Origin: Candidatus Parcubacteria bacterium
Lineage (GTDB): Bacteria > Patescibacteriota > Minisyncoccia > Phycocordibacterales > JAACPR01
Length of the DNA: 64,000 nucleotides
NCBI GenBank assembly: GCA_009995365.1
Contig: JAACPR010000003.1
Location: forward strand, 405 to 64,404
Reading direction: 5' to 3'
Under the pieces are notes generated by a model. It was not told the origin of the DNA. It did not search any database and saw only the letters and a list, made by a program, of their open reading frames with translations. This document shows positions 8,220-17,519 of this stretch, piece by piece. Numbering within the stretch: position 1 is the first letter of the stretch; each line of letters opens with the position of its first letter. A program made the position numbers and the translations under genes.

Positions 8220-9269
8220 TTGCGGGGGGGGGGTAGACTGTTTATAGTGAGAAAAATTTTTAGACATGAATACAATGATATCATTTCTGTTGAGAATTTG
8301 TTATTAGCTTGGCAAGAATTTATTAGAGGGAAGAAAAATAGGAAAGATGTTCAAGAATTTCAATTATATCTGATGAAAAATATTTTTGAATTACATTTTG
8401 ATTTAAAAAATAAAACTTACCAACATTCGAAATATCAAAAATTCAATATTAGTGATCCAAAGCCAAGAGAAATTAATAAAGCATCTGTTAGAGATAGATT
8501 ACTTCATCATGCTATTTATCAAAAACTTTATCCATTTTTTGATAAGAAGTTTATTGGTGATTCTTATTCTTGTAGGAATGGAAAAGGAACGCATAAAGCC
8601 ATTAATCAATTTGAGAAATTTTATAGAAAAGTTTCTAAAAATCACACTAAAACTTGTTGGGTTTTAAAATGTGATATTAAAAAATTCTTTGCCAGTATTA
8701 ACCATCAGATTTTAAAGGATGTTTTAATTAAATATATTTCTGATAAAGATATTTTAAATTTATTGTCAGTGATAATTGATAGTTTTGAAACTAATAAACA
8801 TTTAATAGTTGGCAAAAATTCAAAAACTGGTCTTCCACTCGGAAATTTAACCTCTCAATTATTGGTTAATATTTACATGAATGAATTTGATCATTTTGTT
8901 AAAGGAAATTTGAAAATAAAATATTATGTTCGTTATGCTGATGATTTTGTTTTTCTATCTACAGACAAAAAATTTTTAGAAAAACTTATTCCTAAAATTG
9001 GATATTTTTTAGAAACTAATTTAAAATTAACTCTACACCCTAACAAAGTTTCAATCAAAAATTATTCATCAGGTGTCGATTTTCTTGGCTGGGTTCATTT
9101 TGATGATCATAAAATACTAAGAACTAATACTAAAAATCGGATGTTTAAGAAATTACAATTTCAGTTAGAAAAATTTGGAGAAATTAACGAAGATTCGAGA
9201 CAGTCTTATTTGGGATTATTGTCGCATGGTAATACTTATAAAATTCAACAAGAAATAAGAGGAAAATAA
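8220..9269 (+). CDS. DGR reverse transcriptase. The start is uncertain: TTG at 8220 or GTG at 8247.
   Basis: RT motifs are DIKKFFASINHQIL, the YVRYADDFVF (YADD) motif and the LGNLTSQ motif (the DGR-specific I/LGxxxSQ that replaces QGxxxSP of group II RTs). About 349 aa with no maturase or endonuclease domains. Confidence 0.85.
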   Translation: MRGGGRLFIVRKIFRHEYNDIISVENLLLAWQEFIRGKKNRKDVQEFQLYLMKNIFELHFDLKNKTYQHSKYQKFNISDPKPREINKASVRDRLLHHAIYQKLYPFFDKKFIGDSYSCRNGKGTHKAINQFEKFYRKVSKNHTKTCWVLKCDIKKFFASINHQILKDVLIKYISDKDILNLLSVIIDSFETNKHLIVGKNSKTGLPLGNLTSQLLVNIYMNEFDHFVKGNLKIKYYVRYADDFVFLSTDKKFLEKLIPKIGYFLETNLKLTLHPNKVSIKNYSSGVDFLGWVHFDDHKILRTNTKNRMFKKLQFQLEKFGEINEDSRQSYLGLLSHGNTYKIQQEIRGK

Positions 9270-9327
9270 AATCTTTCTAAAATAATAGTTTGACTAAAGT
9301 AATACAATGTATATACTTTGTATTATG

Positions 9328-9597
9328 AAAACAACAACCAGTATAAAACTAGATAAAGAGGTCAAAGAACAGGCTTCTGATTTAGCCAAGGAACTTGGAC
9401 TTTCTCTGAGTGGTGTTATTAATGCTACTCTAAAACAGTTTGTTAATGACAGGAGTGTTTTTCTGACTACTACCCCTCAATTCAATGAAAAAGCCGCCAA
9501 ACGAATGCTAAAATTAATGGATGATGCTAAAAAAGGTAAAAATCTATGTGGTCCTTTTAAAACAGATGAAGAATTATTTAAAGCATTAGAAATTTAA
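9328..9597 (+). CDS. dinJ: DinJ/RelB-family antitoxin. The ORF track starts at 9307.
   Basis: SIKLDKEVKEQASDLAKELGLSLSGVINATLKQF matches the DinJ RHH N-terminus. Confidence 0.7.
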   Translation, partial: KTTTSIKLDKEVKEQASDLAKELGLSLSGVINATLKQFVNDRSVFLTTTPQFNEKAAKRMLKLMDDAKKGKNLCGPFKTDEELFKALEI

Positions 9598-9604
9598 TTT
9601 TATT

Positions 9605-9859
9605 ATGCGGATAACTTTTCATAGGAAATTTAAGAAAAATATTAAAAAACAACCTAGAAAAGTTCAAATTAAATTTAAAAAAAGATATAAATTATTTAAA
9701 AAAGATCAATTTCATCATTCACTCAACAATCACGCTCTAAAAGGAAAATATTATGGAATTAGAAGTATTAATATAACTGGTGATATTAGGGCTCATTACC
9801 TAGAGGATGATGGAGGTGTTATTTTTCTGGATATCGGTGATCATTCTGACCTATATTAG
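9605..9859 (+). CDS. yafQ: YafQ/RelE-family toxin (mRNA interferase)
   Basis: HHSLNNHALKGKYYGIRSINITGDIRAHYL...DIGDHSDLY matches the YafQ C-terminal signature. It is adjacent to and just downstream of the antitoxin gene. Confidence 0.7.
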   Translation: MRITFHRKFKKNIKKQPRKVQIKFKKRYKLFKKDQFHHSLNNHALKGKYYGIRSINITGDIRAHYLEDDGGVIFLDIGDHSDLY

Positions 9860-9872
9860 TTTTGTCTTGATT

Positions 9873-9992
9873 AAAACCCTAACCCAAATACTATCGAGTT
9901 CCTCCGCAGACCTTCGTTGTCAATGACTTTATGTCTTGACATAAGAAGTGTCGAGGACGGGAACGAGAGAGTATTTGGGTTAGGGTTTTTTT
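9873..9992 (+). ncRNA. Terminator-embedded structured RNA element, copy 1. A conserved roughly 80-nt core sits inside a long outer stem followed by a T-run.
   Basis: The outer stem is aaaaccctaacccaaatac / gtatttgggttagggttttttt. The core ctatcgagttcctccgcagacc...gtcaatg.ctttA..cttgac.aag.agtgtcgaggacgggaacgagagag is shared with the copy at 23059-23175. Confidence 0.5.
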
Positions 9993-9993
9993 A

Positions 9994-10021
9994 TTGACAC
10001 AAAACTATCTTCTGTTAATAT
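9994..10021 (+). promoter_or_regulatory. Putative sigma70 promoter for tuf (TTGACA, 16-nt spacer, TAATAT)
   Basis: Sits immediately after the structured terminator and about 180 nt upstream of tuf. Confidence 0.35.
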
Positions 10022-10198
10022 ATTCATACGCAGATTTGCGCTTTTTTGTTATTTCGATAAGTTCGCAAAACAAAGACGTAAAAATGTGAGGACAACTTTT
10101 TTAGAGACCTTCTCGTGCTCTCTTAAAAGGTTATCCTGTATGATGCAAACGCATCTTTATTAAATTATTAAAAGTTAAAATTAATTAAAATTATTATT

Positions 10199-11386
10199 AT
10201 GGCAGATTTTGATAGAACAAAACCCCATGTAAACGTTGGAACAATTGGACACGTTGACCATGGTAAAACAACACTTACTGCTGCACTTCTAACAACATTG
10301 AACTCAGCAGGTGAAGGATACTCAGCTAACATGAAAGCTGTTGAAGACATCGACAAAGCCCCAGAAGAAAAGGCTCGTGGTATTACAATTTCACTTTCTC
10401 ACAACGAGTATGAAACTCCAGAGAGACACTATGCTCATATTGATGCTCCAGGTCACGCCGACTACATCAAAAACATGATTACTGGTGCTGCTCAGATGGA
10501 CGGTGCTATTATCGTTGTCGCAGCAACAGATGGTGTTATGCCACAAACTCGTGAACACATCCTACTTGCAAAACAAGTTGGTGTTCCAAAAATTATTATT
10601 TTCTTGAACAAATGTGACATGGTTGATGATGCAGAAATGATCGACCTAGTTGAAGAAGAAGTTCGTGAACTTCTTTCATCTCAAGGATTTGACGGGGAAA
10701 ATGCTCCAGTAGTTAGAGGATCAGCTCTAAAAGCCCTAGAAGGAGATGCTACATGGAAAGAAAAAATTATGGAACTTGCTGGACACATGGATTCTTATAT
10801 TCCAACACCAGAAAGAGAAACTGATAAACCTTTCCTAATGCCAGTTGAAGACGTGTTCTCAATCGAAGGTAGAGGAACTGTTGTAACAGGTAGAATTGAA
10901 AGAGGAAAAATCAAAGTTGGTGAAGAAGTTGAAATTGTTGGTATCAAAGATACTACAAAAACAACTATTACCGGAGTTGAAATGTTCAACAAATCTCTAC
11001 AAGAAGGTATGGCTGGAGACAACGCCGGTCTACTTGTAAGAGGTCTTAAAAAAGATGATATTCACAGAGGTCAAGTTCTAGCTGTGCCAGGGTCAATTAC
11101 TCCACACACAGAATTCGAAGCTGAAGTTTACATCCTAAAGAAAGAAGAAGGAGGACGTCACACACCATTCTTCTCAGGTTATAAACCACAATTCTACATG
11201 AGAACTACAGACGTAACTGGTGAAGTTACTCTAAACGAAGGTGTAGAAATGGTTATGCCAGGAGATACAGTTACTTTCAAAGTAAAACTATCTGCTCCTA
11301 TCGCGATGGAAGATCAACAAAGATTTGCTATCCGTGAAGGTGGTAAAACAGTTGGTGCTGGAGTTATTACAAAAGTTGTAGCTTAA
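10199..11386 (+). CDS. tuf: Elongation factor Tu
   Basis: [28 protein letters not shown] and the full EF-Tu sequence. Confidence 0.95.
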   Translation: MADFDRTKPHVNVGTIGHVDHGKTTLTAALLTTLNSAGEGYSANMKAVEDIDKAPEEKARGITISLSHNEYETPERHYAHIDAPGHADYIKNMITGAAQMDGAIIVVAATDGVMPQTREHILLAKQVGVPKIIIFLNKCDMVDDAEMIDLVEEEVRELLSSQGFDGENAPVVRGSALKALEGDATWKEKIMELAGHMDSYIPTPERETDKPFLMPVEDVFSIEGRGTVVTGRIERGKIKVGEEVEIVGIKDTTKTTITGVEMFNKSLQEGMAGDNAGLLVRGLKKDDIHRGQVLAVPGSITPHTEFEAEVYILKKEEGGRHTPFFSGYKPQFYMRTTDVTGEVTLNEGVEMVMPGDTVTFKVKLSAPIAMEDQQRFAIREGGKTVGAGVITKVVA

Positions 11387-11488
11387 TCTAGCTATACTTT
11401 CAGAAGACAGGATATTAGTCAGCCTATTAATTATAAGGCTTATAAATAGAACTAAACCACTGGCTTCATGGGAGTTAATGAATAAAAT

Positions 11489-11824
11489 ATGTCAGATAAA
11501 AAAACTAAAAAAGATGAAGCTAACAGACTTAGAATCAGAGTTCGTGCTTATGAAAGCAAGATTCTAGATTCATCTGTAAAACAAATTATGGATACTGCTT
11601 TGCGTTTCGGCGCAGAAGTGTCAGGTCCTATTCCATTACCGACAGAAATTAAAAAGTATACTGTTAATCGATCTTCCTTTGTTTACAAGGATGCACGAGA
11701 ACAATTCGAAATGAGGGTTCACAAAAGATTGATTGACATTATTGATCCTGATAACAAAGTAATCGAATCTCTAACAAATTTGAGCTTACCATCAGGAGTG
11801 AACATCGACGTTAAAATGATTTAA
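11489..11824 (+). CDS. rpsJ: 30S ribosomal protein S10
   Basis: [13 protein letters not shown]...PIPLPT. Confidence 0.9.
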   Translation: MSDKKTKKDEANRLRIRVRAYESKILDSSVKQIMDTALRFGAEVSGPIPLPTEIKKYTVNRSSFVYKDAREQFEMRVHKRLIDIIDPDNKVIESLTNLSLPSGVNIDVKMI

Positions 11825-12005
11825 GGTCAAGGATGCTTAATCGAAAGATTAAAAAATCCCTCTGATCGCTCAGACCGTAAAAATTCTTGTATGAATTTTT
11901 ACGGCTTGAGTTTTAATTAAAACAGATAAGAGTTGACATATAGCTTAGATTAGATTAATCTCTATATCTATTGAAAGTCAATGATCTAGACTTAAAAAAA
12001 GTAAA

Positions 12006-12614
12006 ATGAAAGTATTATTAGGAACAAAAGAAAAAATGACACAAATCTTCTCAGACGAAGGTAAAGTGTTTCCGGTAACTGAAATTTCAGCTGGCCCAGT
12101 TGTGGTGACTCAAATCAAAACATCAGACAATGATGGTTATGACGGTATCCAAGTTGGCTACGGAGAGAAAAAGGCAAAGAACATCAACAAGGCGCAACTT
12201 TCTCAATTTAAAGATATGGGTAACTTTCGTTATCTAAAAGAATTTAAATTACCAATTTCAGATGAAATCAAGGTTGGTGAATCTGTAGATGTCGCTTCTT
12301 TTGAAGAGGGAGATAAAATAAGAATCTCATCTTTCTCAAAAGGTAAAGGTTTCCAAGGTGTTGTTAAAAGACACGGCTTCAAAGGAGGACCGAGAACTCA
12401 CGGACAAAAGCACTCAGAAAGAGAGCCTGGTTCAATTGGTTCAACAGGACCACAGAGAGTTTTCAAAGGAACTCGTATGGGAGGTAGAATGGGTAATGAC
12501 AGAGTTACCTTAAAAGATGTTGAAATTATTAAAATAGACAAAGAGAATAACAAAATCTTCGTCAAAGGAAGTATCCCTGGTCGTAGAGGAACTTTGATTG
12601 AAATTCAAGGATAA
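12006..12614 (+). CDS. rplC: 50S ribosomal protein L3
   Basis: Matches L3 blocks and sits in the operon position after rpsJ. Confidence 0.9.
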   Translation: MKVLLGTKEKMTQIFSDEGKVFPVTEISAGPVVVTQIKTSDNDGYDGIQVGYGEKKAKNINKAQLSQFKDMGNFRYLKEFKLPISDEIKVGESVDVASFEEGDKIRISSFSKGKGFQGVVKRHGFKGGPRTHGQKHSEREPGSIGSTGPQRVFKGTRMGGRMGNDRVTLKDVEIIKIDKENNKIFVKGSIPGRRGTLIEIQG

Positions 12615-12632
12615 GGAAATTAAAATAGTATT

Positions 12633-13322
12633 ATGAAATTAGCAATTTATGACAAAAAAGGAAAAGAGATTGAAAAGGTAGATTTACCTGCAGAAATCTT
12701 TGATGTTCCTTTCAATGCTGACTTGGTTCACCAAGTAGCTGTATCAATGGCTTCTTCTGCAAGATCAAATACTGCTCACGCAAAGGATAGAAGTGAAGTA
12801 TCTGGTGGAGGTAAAAAACCATGGAAACAAAAAGGAACAGGTCGTGCTCGTCACGGTTCAACAAGATCACCTATCTGGGTAGGTGGAGGTACTACACATG
12901 GACCAAGAAACGAAAGAAACTACGACAAAAAAATCAATAAAAAGGTAAAAGCAAAATCTCTTGCAATTATCCTTTCACAAAAAGCTCGTGATAATGAGAT
13001 TGTTTTAATAGATTCTTTATCACTAAATGAAATCAAAACAAAAGAAGCGGTTTCAATTATTAACTCACTTGCTAAAAATGATTCTCTAAAAGGGCTTAAA
13101 ACAAAGAAAAACAATGCAGGTATTATTTCTCTTTCAGAGAGAAATGAAAATACTGAGAAAAGTTTTAGAAATATCAGTAACCTAAAAATGGATCTTGTTC
13201 AAAACTTAAACATATCTGATTTGCTAAAATATAAATATCTTGTTTTAGTTAATCCAAAAGAGAGTTTTGAAATTTTAACTGGTCGTGTTAAAACTGGGAA
13301 AGTAACAGAAAATAACAAATAG
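12633..13322 (+). CDS. rplD: 50S ribosomal protein L4
   Basis: GGGKKPWKQKGTGRARHGS is an L4 block. Confidence 0.9.
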   Translation: MKLAIYDKKGKEIEKVDLPAEIFDVPFNADLVHQVAVSMASSARSNTAHAKDRSEVSGGGKKPWKQKGTGRARHGSTRSPIWVGGGTTHGPRNERNYDKKINKKVKAKSLAIILSQKARDNEIVLIDSLSLNEIKTKEAVSIINSLAKNDSLKGLKTKKNNAGIISLSERNENTEKSFRNISNLKMDLVQNLNISDLLKYKYLVLVNPKESFEILTGRVKTGKVTENNK

Positions 13323-13326
13323 TATT

Positions 13327-13716
13327 ATGGCTTTATTTGGTAAAAAGAAAGATAAAGAAGAAAAGAAAGTAGAAAAAACTACAGAAAAGAAATCTTCTAA
13401 TAAAAAAGAATCAGCTGTTAATACAGCACAAGATTTAACTTGGGTTTTAAAAGGGCCAAGAATTACAGAAAAAGGTGCTATAGTTGCAGAATCAAACAAT
13501 GTTTACACTTTTAATATTGATAAAGGTGCTAACAAAAATGATGTCTCAAAAGCTATCGAAGCAATTTACAAGGTAAACCCAGTCAAAGTTGCAATTTCAA
13601 AAATTCCAACTAAAAAAGTTCAAGTTCGTGGTCAAAGAGGAAAATTTGGTAACAAAGGTGGAGGTAAGAAAGCTTTTGTTTATCTTAAAAAGGGAGACAA
13701 AATCGAATTTGTATAA
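13327..13716 (+). CDS. rplW: 50S ribosomal protein L23 with an N-terminal K-rich extension
   Basis: An L23 core lies in the C-terminal two thirds and the gene is in operon order. Confidence 0.85.
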   Translation: MALFGKKKDKEEKKVEKTTEKKSSNKKESAVNTAQDLTWVLKGPRITEKGAIVAESNNVYTFNIDKGANKNDVSKAIEAIYKVNPVKVAISKIPTKKVQVRGQRGKFGNKGGGKKAFVYLKKGDKIEFV

Positions 13717-13739
13717 AAATTTAATTAATTAATAGTATT

Positions 13740-14576
13740 ATGAAGAAATTTAAACCAACATCACCAGGAAGAAGAAACATGAGTGCTATCGAGCACAAAA
13801 AGGTTATTACTGCTACAAAACCAGAAAAATCACTAACAAGAGGTCGCAAGAGGGCTGTTGGTCGTAACTCTGCTGGTCGTATAACAACTCGTCACAAAGG
13901 TGGTGGTGTAAAGAGAAGATACAGAGAAATTGACTTTAAATATAACAAGCATGATATTCCTGCAAAAATTGCTACTATCGAATATGATCCAAACAGAAAT
14001 GGGTATATCGGACTTTTGAATTATGCCGATGGTGAAAAAAGATACATTCTACTACCACAAAAAGTCAAAGTTGGTGATGAGATAATTGTTTCTGAAAAAG
14101 CTAAAGTAAAGCCAGCTAATAGACTACCTCTTTCAAAAATGCCGGTTGGAACTTTCGTTTATAATGTTGAACTTAAAAGAAATAATGGTGCCAAATTAAT
14201 TCGTTCAGCTGGTAATTATGCTGAGGTTGTCGCACAAGACGATGATATGACTCATCTAAAGATGCCATCAACTGAAATCAGAAGAGTTCCATCTACTGCG
14301 TGGGCATCAGTTGGAGAAGTTTCTAATCCAGAATACAGATTGCGTAACTGGGGTAAGGCTGGTCTAAAGAGAAAGAAGGGTATCAGACCAACAGTTCGTG
14401 GTTCTGTTATGAACCCTGTAGACCACCCTCATGGTGGTGGTGAAGGTAAACAAGGAATCGGTCTGCGTCGTGGGCCTAAAACTCGCCAAGGTAAGCTTGC
14501 ATACGGAGTCAAGACTAGAAAACCAAAGAAATACTCAAATCGTAATATTCTTAAGAGAAGAAAGACAAAGCGATAA
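13740..14576 (+). CDS. rplB: 50S ribosomal protein L2
   Basis: VMNPVDHPHGGGEGK is a conserved L2 motif. Confidence 0.95.
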   Translation: MKKFKPTSPGRRNMSAIEHKKVITATKPEKSLTRGRKRAVGRNSAGRITTRHKGGGVKRRYREIDFKYNKHDIPAKIATIEYDPNRNGYIGLLNYADGEKRYILLPQKVKVGDEIIVSEKAKVKPANRLPLSKMPVGTFVYNVELKRNNGAKLIRSAGNYAEVVAQDDDMTHLKMPSTEIRRVPSTAWASVGEVSNPEYRLRNWGKAGLKRKKGIRPTVRGSVMNPVDHPHGGGEGKQGIGLRRGPKTRQGKLAYGVKTRKPKKYSNRNILKRRKTKR

Positions 14577-14582
14577 AAACAA

Positions 14583-14610
14583 AAAACCAGCAATACGCTG
14601 GTTTTTTGTT
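14583..14610 (+). terminator. Rho-independent terminator after rplB (CCAGCaatacGCTGG followed by T6)
   Basis: A hairpin plus a U-tract lies inside the S10 operon. Confidence 0.5.
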
Positions 14611-14626
14611 ATAATGTAGTTTACAA

Positions 14627-15274
14627 ATGAATACTTTAATTATTTTATTATCAAACGGGTTATTTGGTTATTATGCAATAATCAATGAGGTAGGAATTGG
14701 CTATGTATTGTTAACCTTTTTAATTGAAGGATTATTTTTTGCTTTTTTTAGTCATCGCAGAATTAAGAAAATTAAGAATTTTTCAGTTAAAGATATGAAA
14801 GTTAATGGCCAAAATCTTGAGAAAGAAGATACATCCCCTGAAAATCAGGCCCATTTTTTCTTGTTTTTGTCGGTTTTTTCATTCGGTATTGTTTCTATGT
14901 TTTTGTTCGTAGCTCTATTTACGGAGCAAGGTTCAGAATTGGGCCTAGTATATAAACATGATAATTATATTTACCTATTTATTTTAATGTTCTTTTTATC
15001 TTCATATTTCAAATATAAACAAGATATAGAAAAAGATAAAAAAAGAGAAATTTTACTTTCCACTATGTTTTCTCTAGGAATAATTAGAGCTTTCGTTTTT
15101 GTCCCAATTATAATTTTTGGTCCTATGATATTTCAATCTCAAGGAGGTGAAATGAATACAGATAGTGTTTTGATTATTTTCTTCATTTTTATAAAGGTTT
15201 TTCTAGTAGATTTCCCATCTCAAGGCATGAATGTTTATACTGAAAACGAAATAAAAACTGATAATAATATATAA
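14627..15274 (+). CDS. Hypothetical polytopic membrane protein inserted between rplB and rpsS
   Basis: Five or six hydrophobic helices. It is flanked upstream by a terminator and downstream by a consensus promoter. Confidence 0.45.
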   Translation: MNTLIILLSNGLFGYYAIINEVGIGYVLLTFLIEGLFFAFFSHRRIKKIKNFSVKDMKVNGQNLEKEDTSPENQAHFFLFLSVFSFGIVSMFLFVALFTEQGSELGLVYKHDNYIYLFILMFFLSSYFKYKQDIEKDKKREILLSTMFSLGIIRAFVFVPIIIFGPMIFQSQGGEMNTDSVLIIFFIFIKVFLVDFPSQGMNVYTENEIKTDNNI

Positions 15275-15278
15275 AACA

Positions 15279-15306
15279 TTGACAACTTTCTAAGTTTTGC
15301 TAGTAT
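15279..15306 (+). promoter_or_regulatory. Near-consensus sigma70 promoter (TTGACA, 16-nt spacer, TGCTAGTAT) that restarts the rpsS-to-secY operon
   Basis: The same TTGACA...TGCTAGTAT architecture recurs upstream of rpsZ at 19027. Confidence 0.45.
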
Positions 15307-15362
15307 GATGCGCAAGCTCTAAGGCGAGCATTTTTATTTCTGACTCAATAAACGCGACAGAG

Positions 15363-15728
15363 ATGTCTGACGGGGTCAGAGGTAAGCAAAAAATAATTAT
15401 GACAAGATCACTAAAGAAAGGTCCATATGTGGACGAAAAACTGTTAAAGAAAATCGAAGGAAAAAAACCAGCAGAAACTGGGTCTATTAAAACATGGGCA
15501 AGAAATTCACAAATCTCACCAGAGATGGTTGGTTTCACTTTCGGAGTCCACAATGGGAAAACTCATGTGGATGTTTTAGTAACAGAAGAAATGGTCGGTC
15601 ATAGATTAGGAGAATTCTCTCCTACAAAGAAATTCGTTAGACACGGAGGTAAGATGCAAAAAGAACTTGAACAAGCTAAAAGAGAATCTGAAATTGCTGC
15701 TGCAAAAGCCGCTAAAGCAAACGATTAA
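15363..15728 (+). CDS. rpsS: 30S ribosomal protein S19. The likely true start is 15396 ([11 protein letters not shown]). It has a C-terminal Ala/Lys extension.
   Basis: [16 protein letters not shown]...[21 protein letters not shown]. Confidence 0.9.
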   Translation: MSDGVRGKQKIIMTRSLKKGPYVDEKLLKKIEGKKPAETGSIKTWARNSQISPEMVGFTFGVHNGKTHVDVLVTEEMVGHRLGEFSPTKKFVRHGGKMQKELEQAKRESEIAAAKAAKAND

Positions 15729-15733
15729 TTATT

Positions 15734-16213
15734 ATGGTTAAAGCAGAACTAAAAAATTATAGACAATCTCCAAGAAAAGTTAGACTAGTTGCTGACTTGA
15801 TTAGAGGAAAGAAAGCAGAAGATGCTTTGACTCTTTTAGATTTCACAGTAAAAAGATCATCAGATCCTTTGAGAAAGCTTTTGGAATCTGCTATTGCTAA
15901 TGCAAAGCATAATTTTGATATTCCAGTCAACGAATTATTCGTCAAAGAAATTCGTGTTGATGAAGGTCCAACTCTAAAAAGATTTAGAGCAAGAGCATTT
16001 GGTCGTGCCTCAGGCATCAAAAAAAGAACTTCAAGAGTTTTAATAAACTTGGATAAAATAGTATCTAATACAAAAAAAGAAGTTTCAAAGAAAGATTCAG
16101 TTGATTCAAAAGAATCTAAAGAGTTTACAAAAGAAACTGCAAAAGACTCGTCAAATAAAACTACAGCTAAAAAAACTACAAAAAAAGCTGTAACTAAAAC
16201 AAGTAAAAAATAA
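15734..16213 (+). CDS. rplV: 50S ribosomal protein L22 with a C-terminal K/T-rich tail
   Basis: An L22 core and in operon order. Confidence 0.85.
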   Translation: MVKAELKNYRQSPRKVRLVADLIRGKKAEDALTLLDFTVKRSSDPLRKLLESAIANAKHNFDIPVNELFVKEIRVDEGPTLKRFRARAFGRASGIKKRTSRVLINLDKIVSNTKKEVSKKDSVDSKESKEFTKETAKDSSNKTTAKKTTKKAVTKTSKK

Positions 16214-16215
16214 TT

Positions 16216-16875
16216 ATGTCACACACAGTTCACCCATATTCACATAGGCTAGGAATACTAAGAGATTGGAAATCTCGCTGGTTTGGTGATGGTAAAAAAT
16301 ATCGTCAAAATCTAAAAGCAGACACTTTGATTAGAAAATTTGTTATTGATCGATTAGAAGGAATGTATGTTGCTTCTGTTGAAATGGAAAGGAACAAAAA
16401 AACTTTTAGAATAGTTATTCAATCATCACGCCCAGGACTTATTATTGGTCGTAGTGGAGAAGGTGCAGAAAAACTTCGTAAAGATGTTGAAAAATTCATG
16501 AGAAAACATGATATCCAAGAAAAAGACGGTGAATTAAAAATCGATATCGAAGAAGTTAAATCTCCAGAATCAAACGCTATGATCGTTGCGTTACAAGTAA
16601 AAGAAATGCTTGAAAAGAGAATGGCGTTTCGTCGTGTAATGAAACAAACTGTCGAAAAGGTAATGGCTAACCGCGATGCAAAGGGAGTTAGAATTAGAAT
16701 CGCAGGTCGTCTGAATGGAGCTGATATGGCTAGAACTGAAGAGTTAATGAAGGGAAGAGTTCCACTACAAACTTTTCGTGCAGATATTGATTTTGCTAAT
16801 GTTAGAGCTAAAATTCCACAGGGAGATCTTGGGGTTAAAATTTGGATCTATAGAGGTGAAGTATTTGATAAATAA
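16216..16875 (+). CDS. rpsC: 30S ribosomal protein S3
   Basis: KH domain and S3 C-terminal blocks. Confidence 0.9.
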   Translation: MSHTVHPYSHRLGILRDWKSRWFGDGKKYRQNLKADTLIRKFVIDRLEGMYVASVEMERNKKTFRIVIQSSRPGLIIGRSGEGAEKLRKDVEKFMRKHDIQEKDGELKIDIEEVKSPESNAMIVALQVKEMLEKRMAFRRVMKQTVEKVMANRDAKGVRIRIAGRLNGADMARTEELMKGRVPLQTFRADIDFANVRAKIPQGDLGVKIWIYRGEVFDK

Positions 16876-16881
16876 AACAAT

Positions 16882-17307
16882 ATGTCGTTATTTCCTAAAA
16901 AAGTAAAACACAGAAAATGGCAAACTGGTCGTCAACACCCAGAAAAGCTTTCTCGTCCTGCAACAAGAGGAGTTGAGATTAACTTTGGTTCACATGCCCT
17001 AAAGGCAACAACACCTGCAAGGGTTAAATCAAATCAAATCGAAGCTGCTCGTCGTGCAATGAGTCGTCATATGGGTAAAACTGGACGTTCATGGATTAGA
17101 ATTTTTCCAGATAGACCTTTCACTAAAAAACCATCAGAAGTAAAGATGGGTAAGGGTAAAGGAGACCTTCAAGGATATGAAGCGGTTGTAAAACCTGGAA
17201 GAATTATTTTTGAAATTGACGGTGTCACAGAAGAAGTAGCAAAAGAAGCTTTGAGAAAAGCTGGAACAAAACTTCCACTAAAAACTAAAATAGTTGCCAG
17301 AGATTAA
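16882..17307 (+). CDS. rplP: 50S ribosomal protein L16
   Basis: L16 blocks, in operon order. Confidence 0.9.
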   Translation: MSLFPKKVKHRKWQTGRQHPEKLSRPATRGVEINFGSHALKATTPARVKSNQIEAARRAMSRHMGKTGRSWIRIFPDRPFTKKPSEVKMGKGKGDLQGYEAVVKPGRIIFEIDGVTEEVAKEALRKAGTKLPLKTKIVARD

Positions 17308-17337
17308 AAATTTGTTAAAGTATTTTCCTAAAATAAC

Positions 17338-17517
17338 ATGTCAAAAGAACTAAAAACAAAATCAGATAAAGAATTGCAAAAGATGCTAAAAGAGGCTCGT
17401 GAAGAGTTGCGTAAATTTAGATTTTCTCAAGTTGGTTCAAGCACAAGGAATGTTAAAGAAGGACAAAAAAATCGTAAACAAATCGCTAGAATTTTAACTG
17501 AAATTAATAATAGATAA
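17338..17517 (+). CDS. rpmC: 50S ribosomal protein L29 (59 aa). It is not in the ORF track because it is shorter than 60 aa.
   Basis: MSKELKTKSDKELQKMLKEAREELRKFRFSQ..., positioned between rplP and rpsQ. Confidence 0.8.
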   Translation: MSKELKTKSDKELQKMLKEAREELRKFRFSQVGSSTRNVKEGQKNRKQIARILTEINNR

Positions 17518-17519
17518 TT

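Noticed and set aside
8220-9269. Group II intron-encoded reverse transcriptase or retron RT
   Set aside because: Motif 4 is LGNLTSQ (DGR-type SQ) rather than QGxxxSP. There is no maturase X or endonuclease domain. A TR/VR pair with adenine-specific differences lies immediately upstream.
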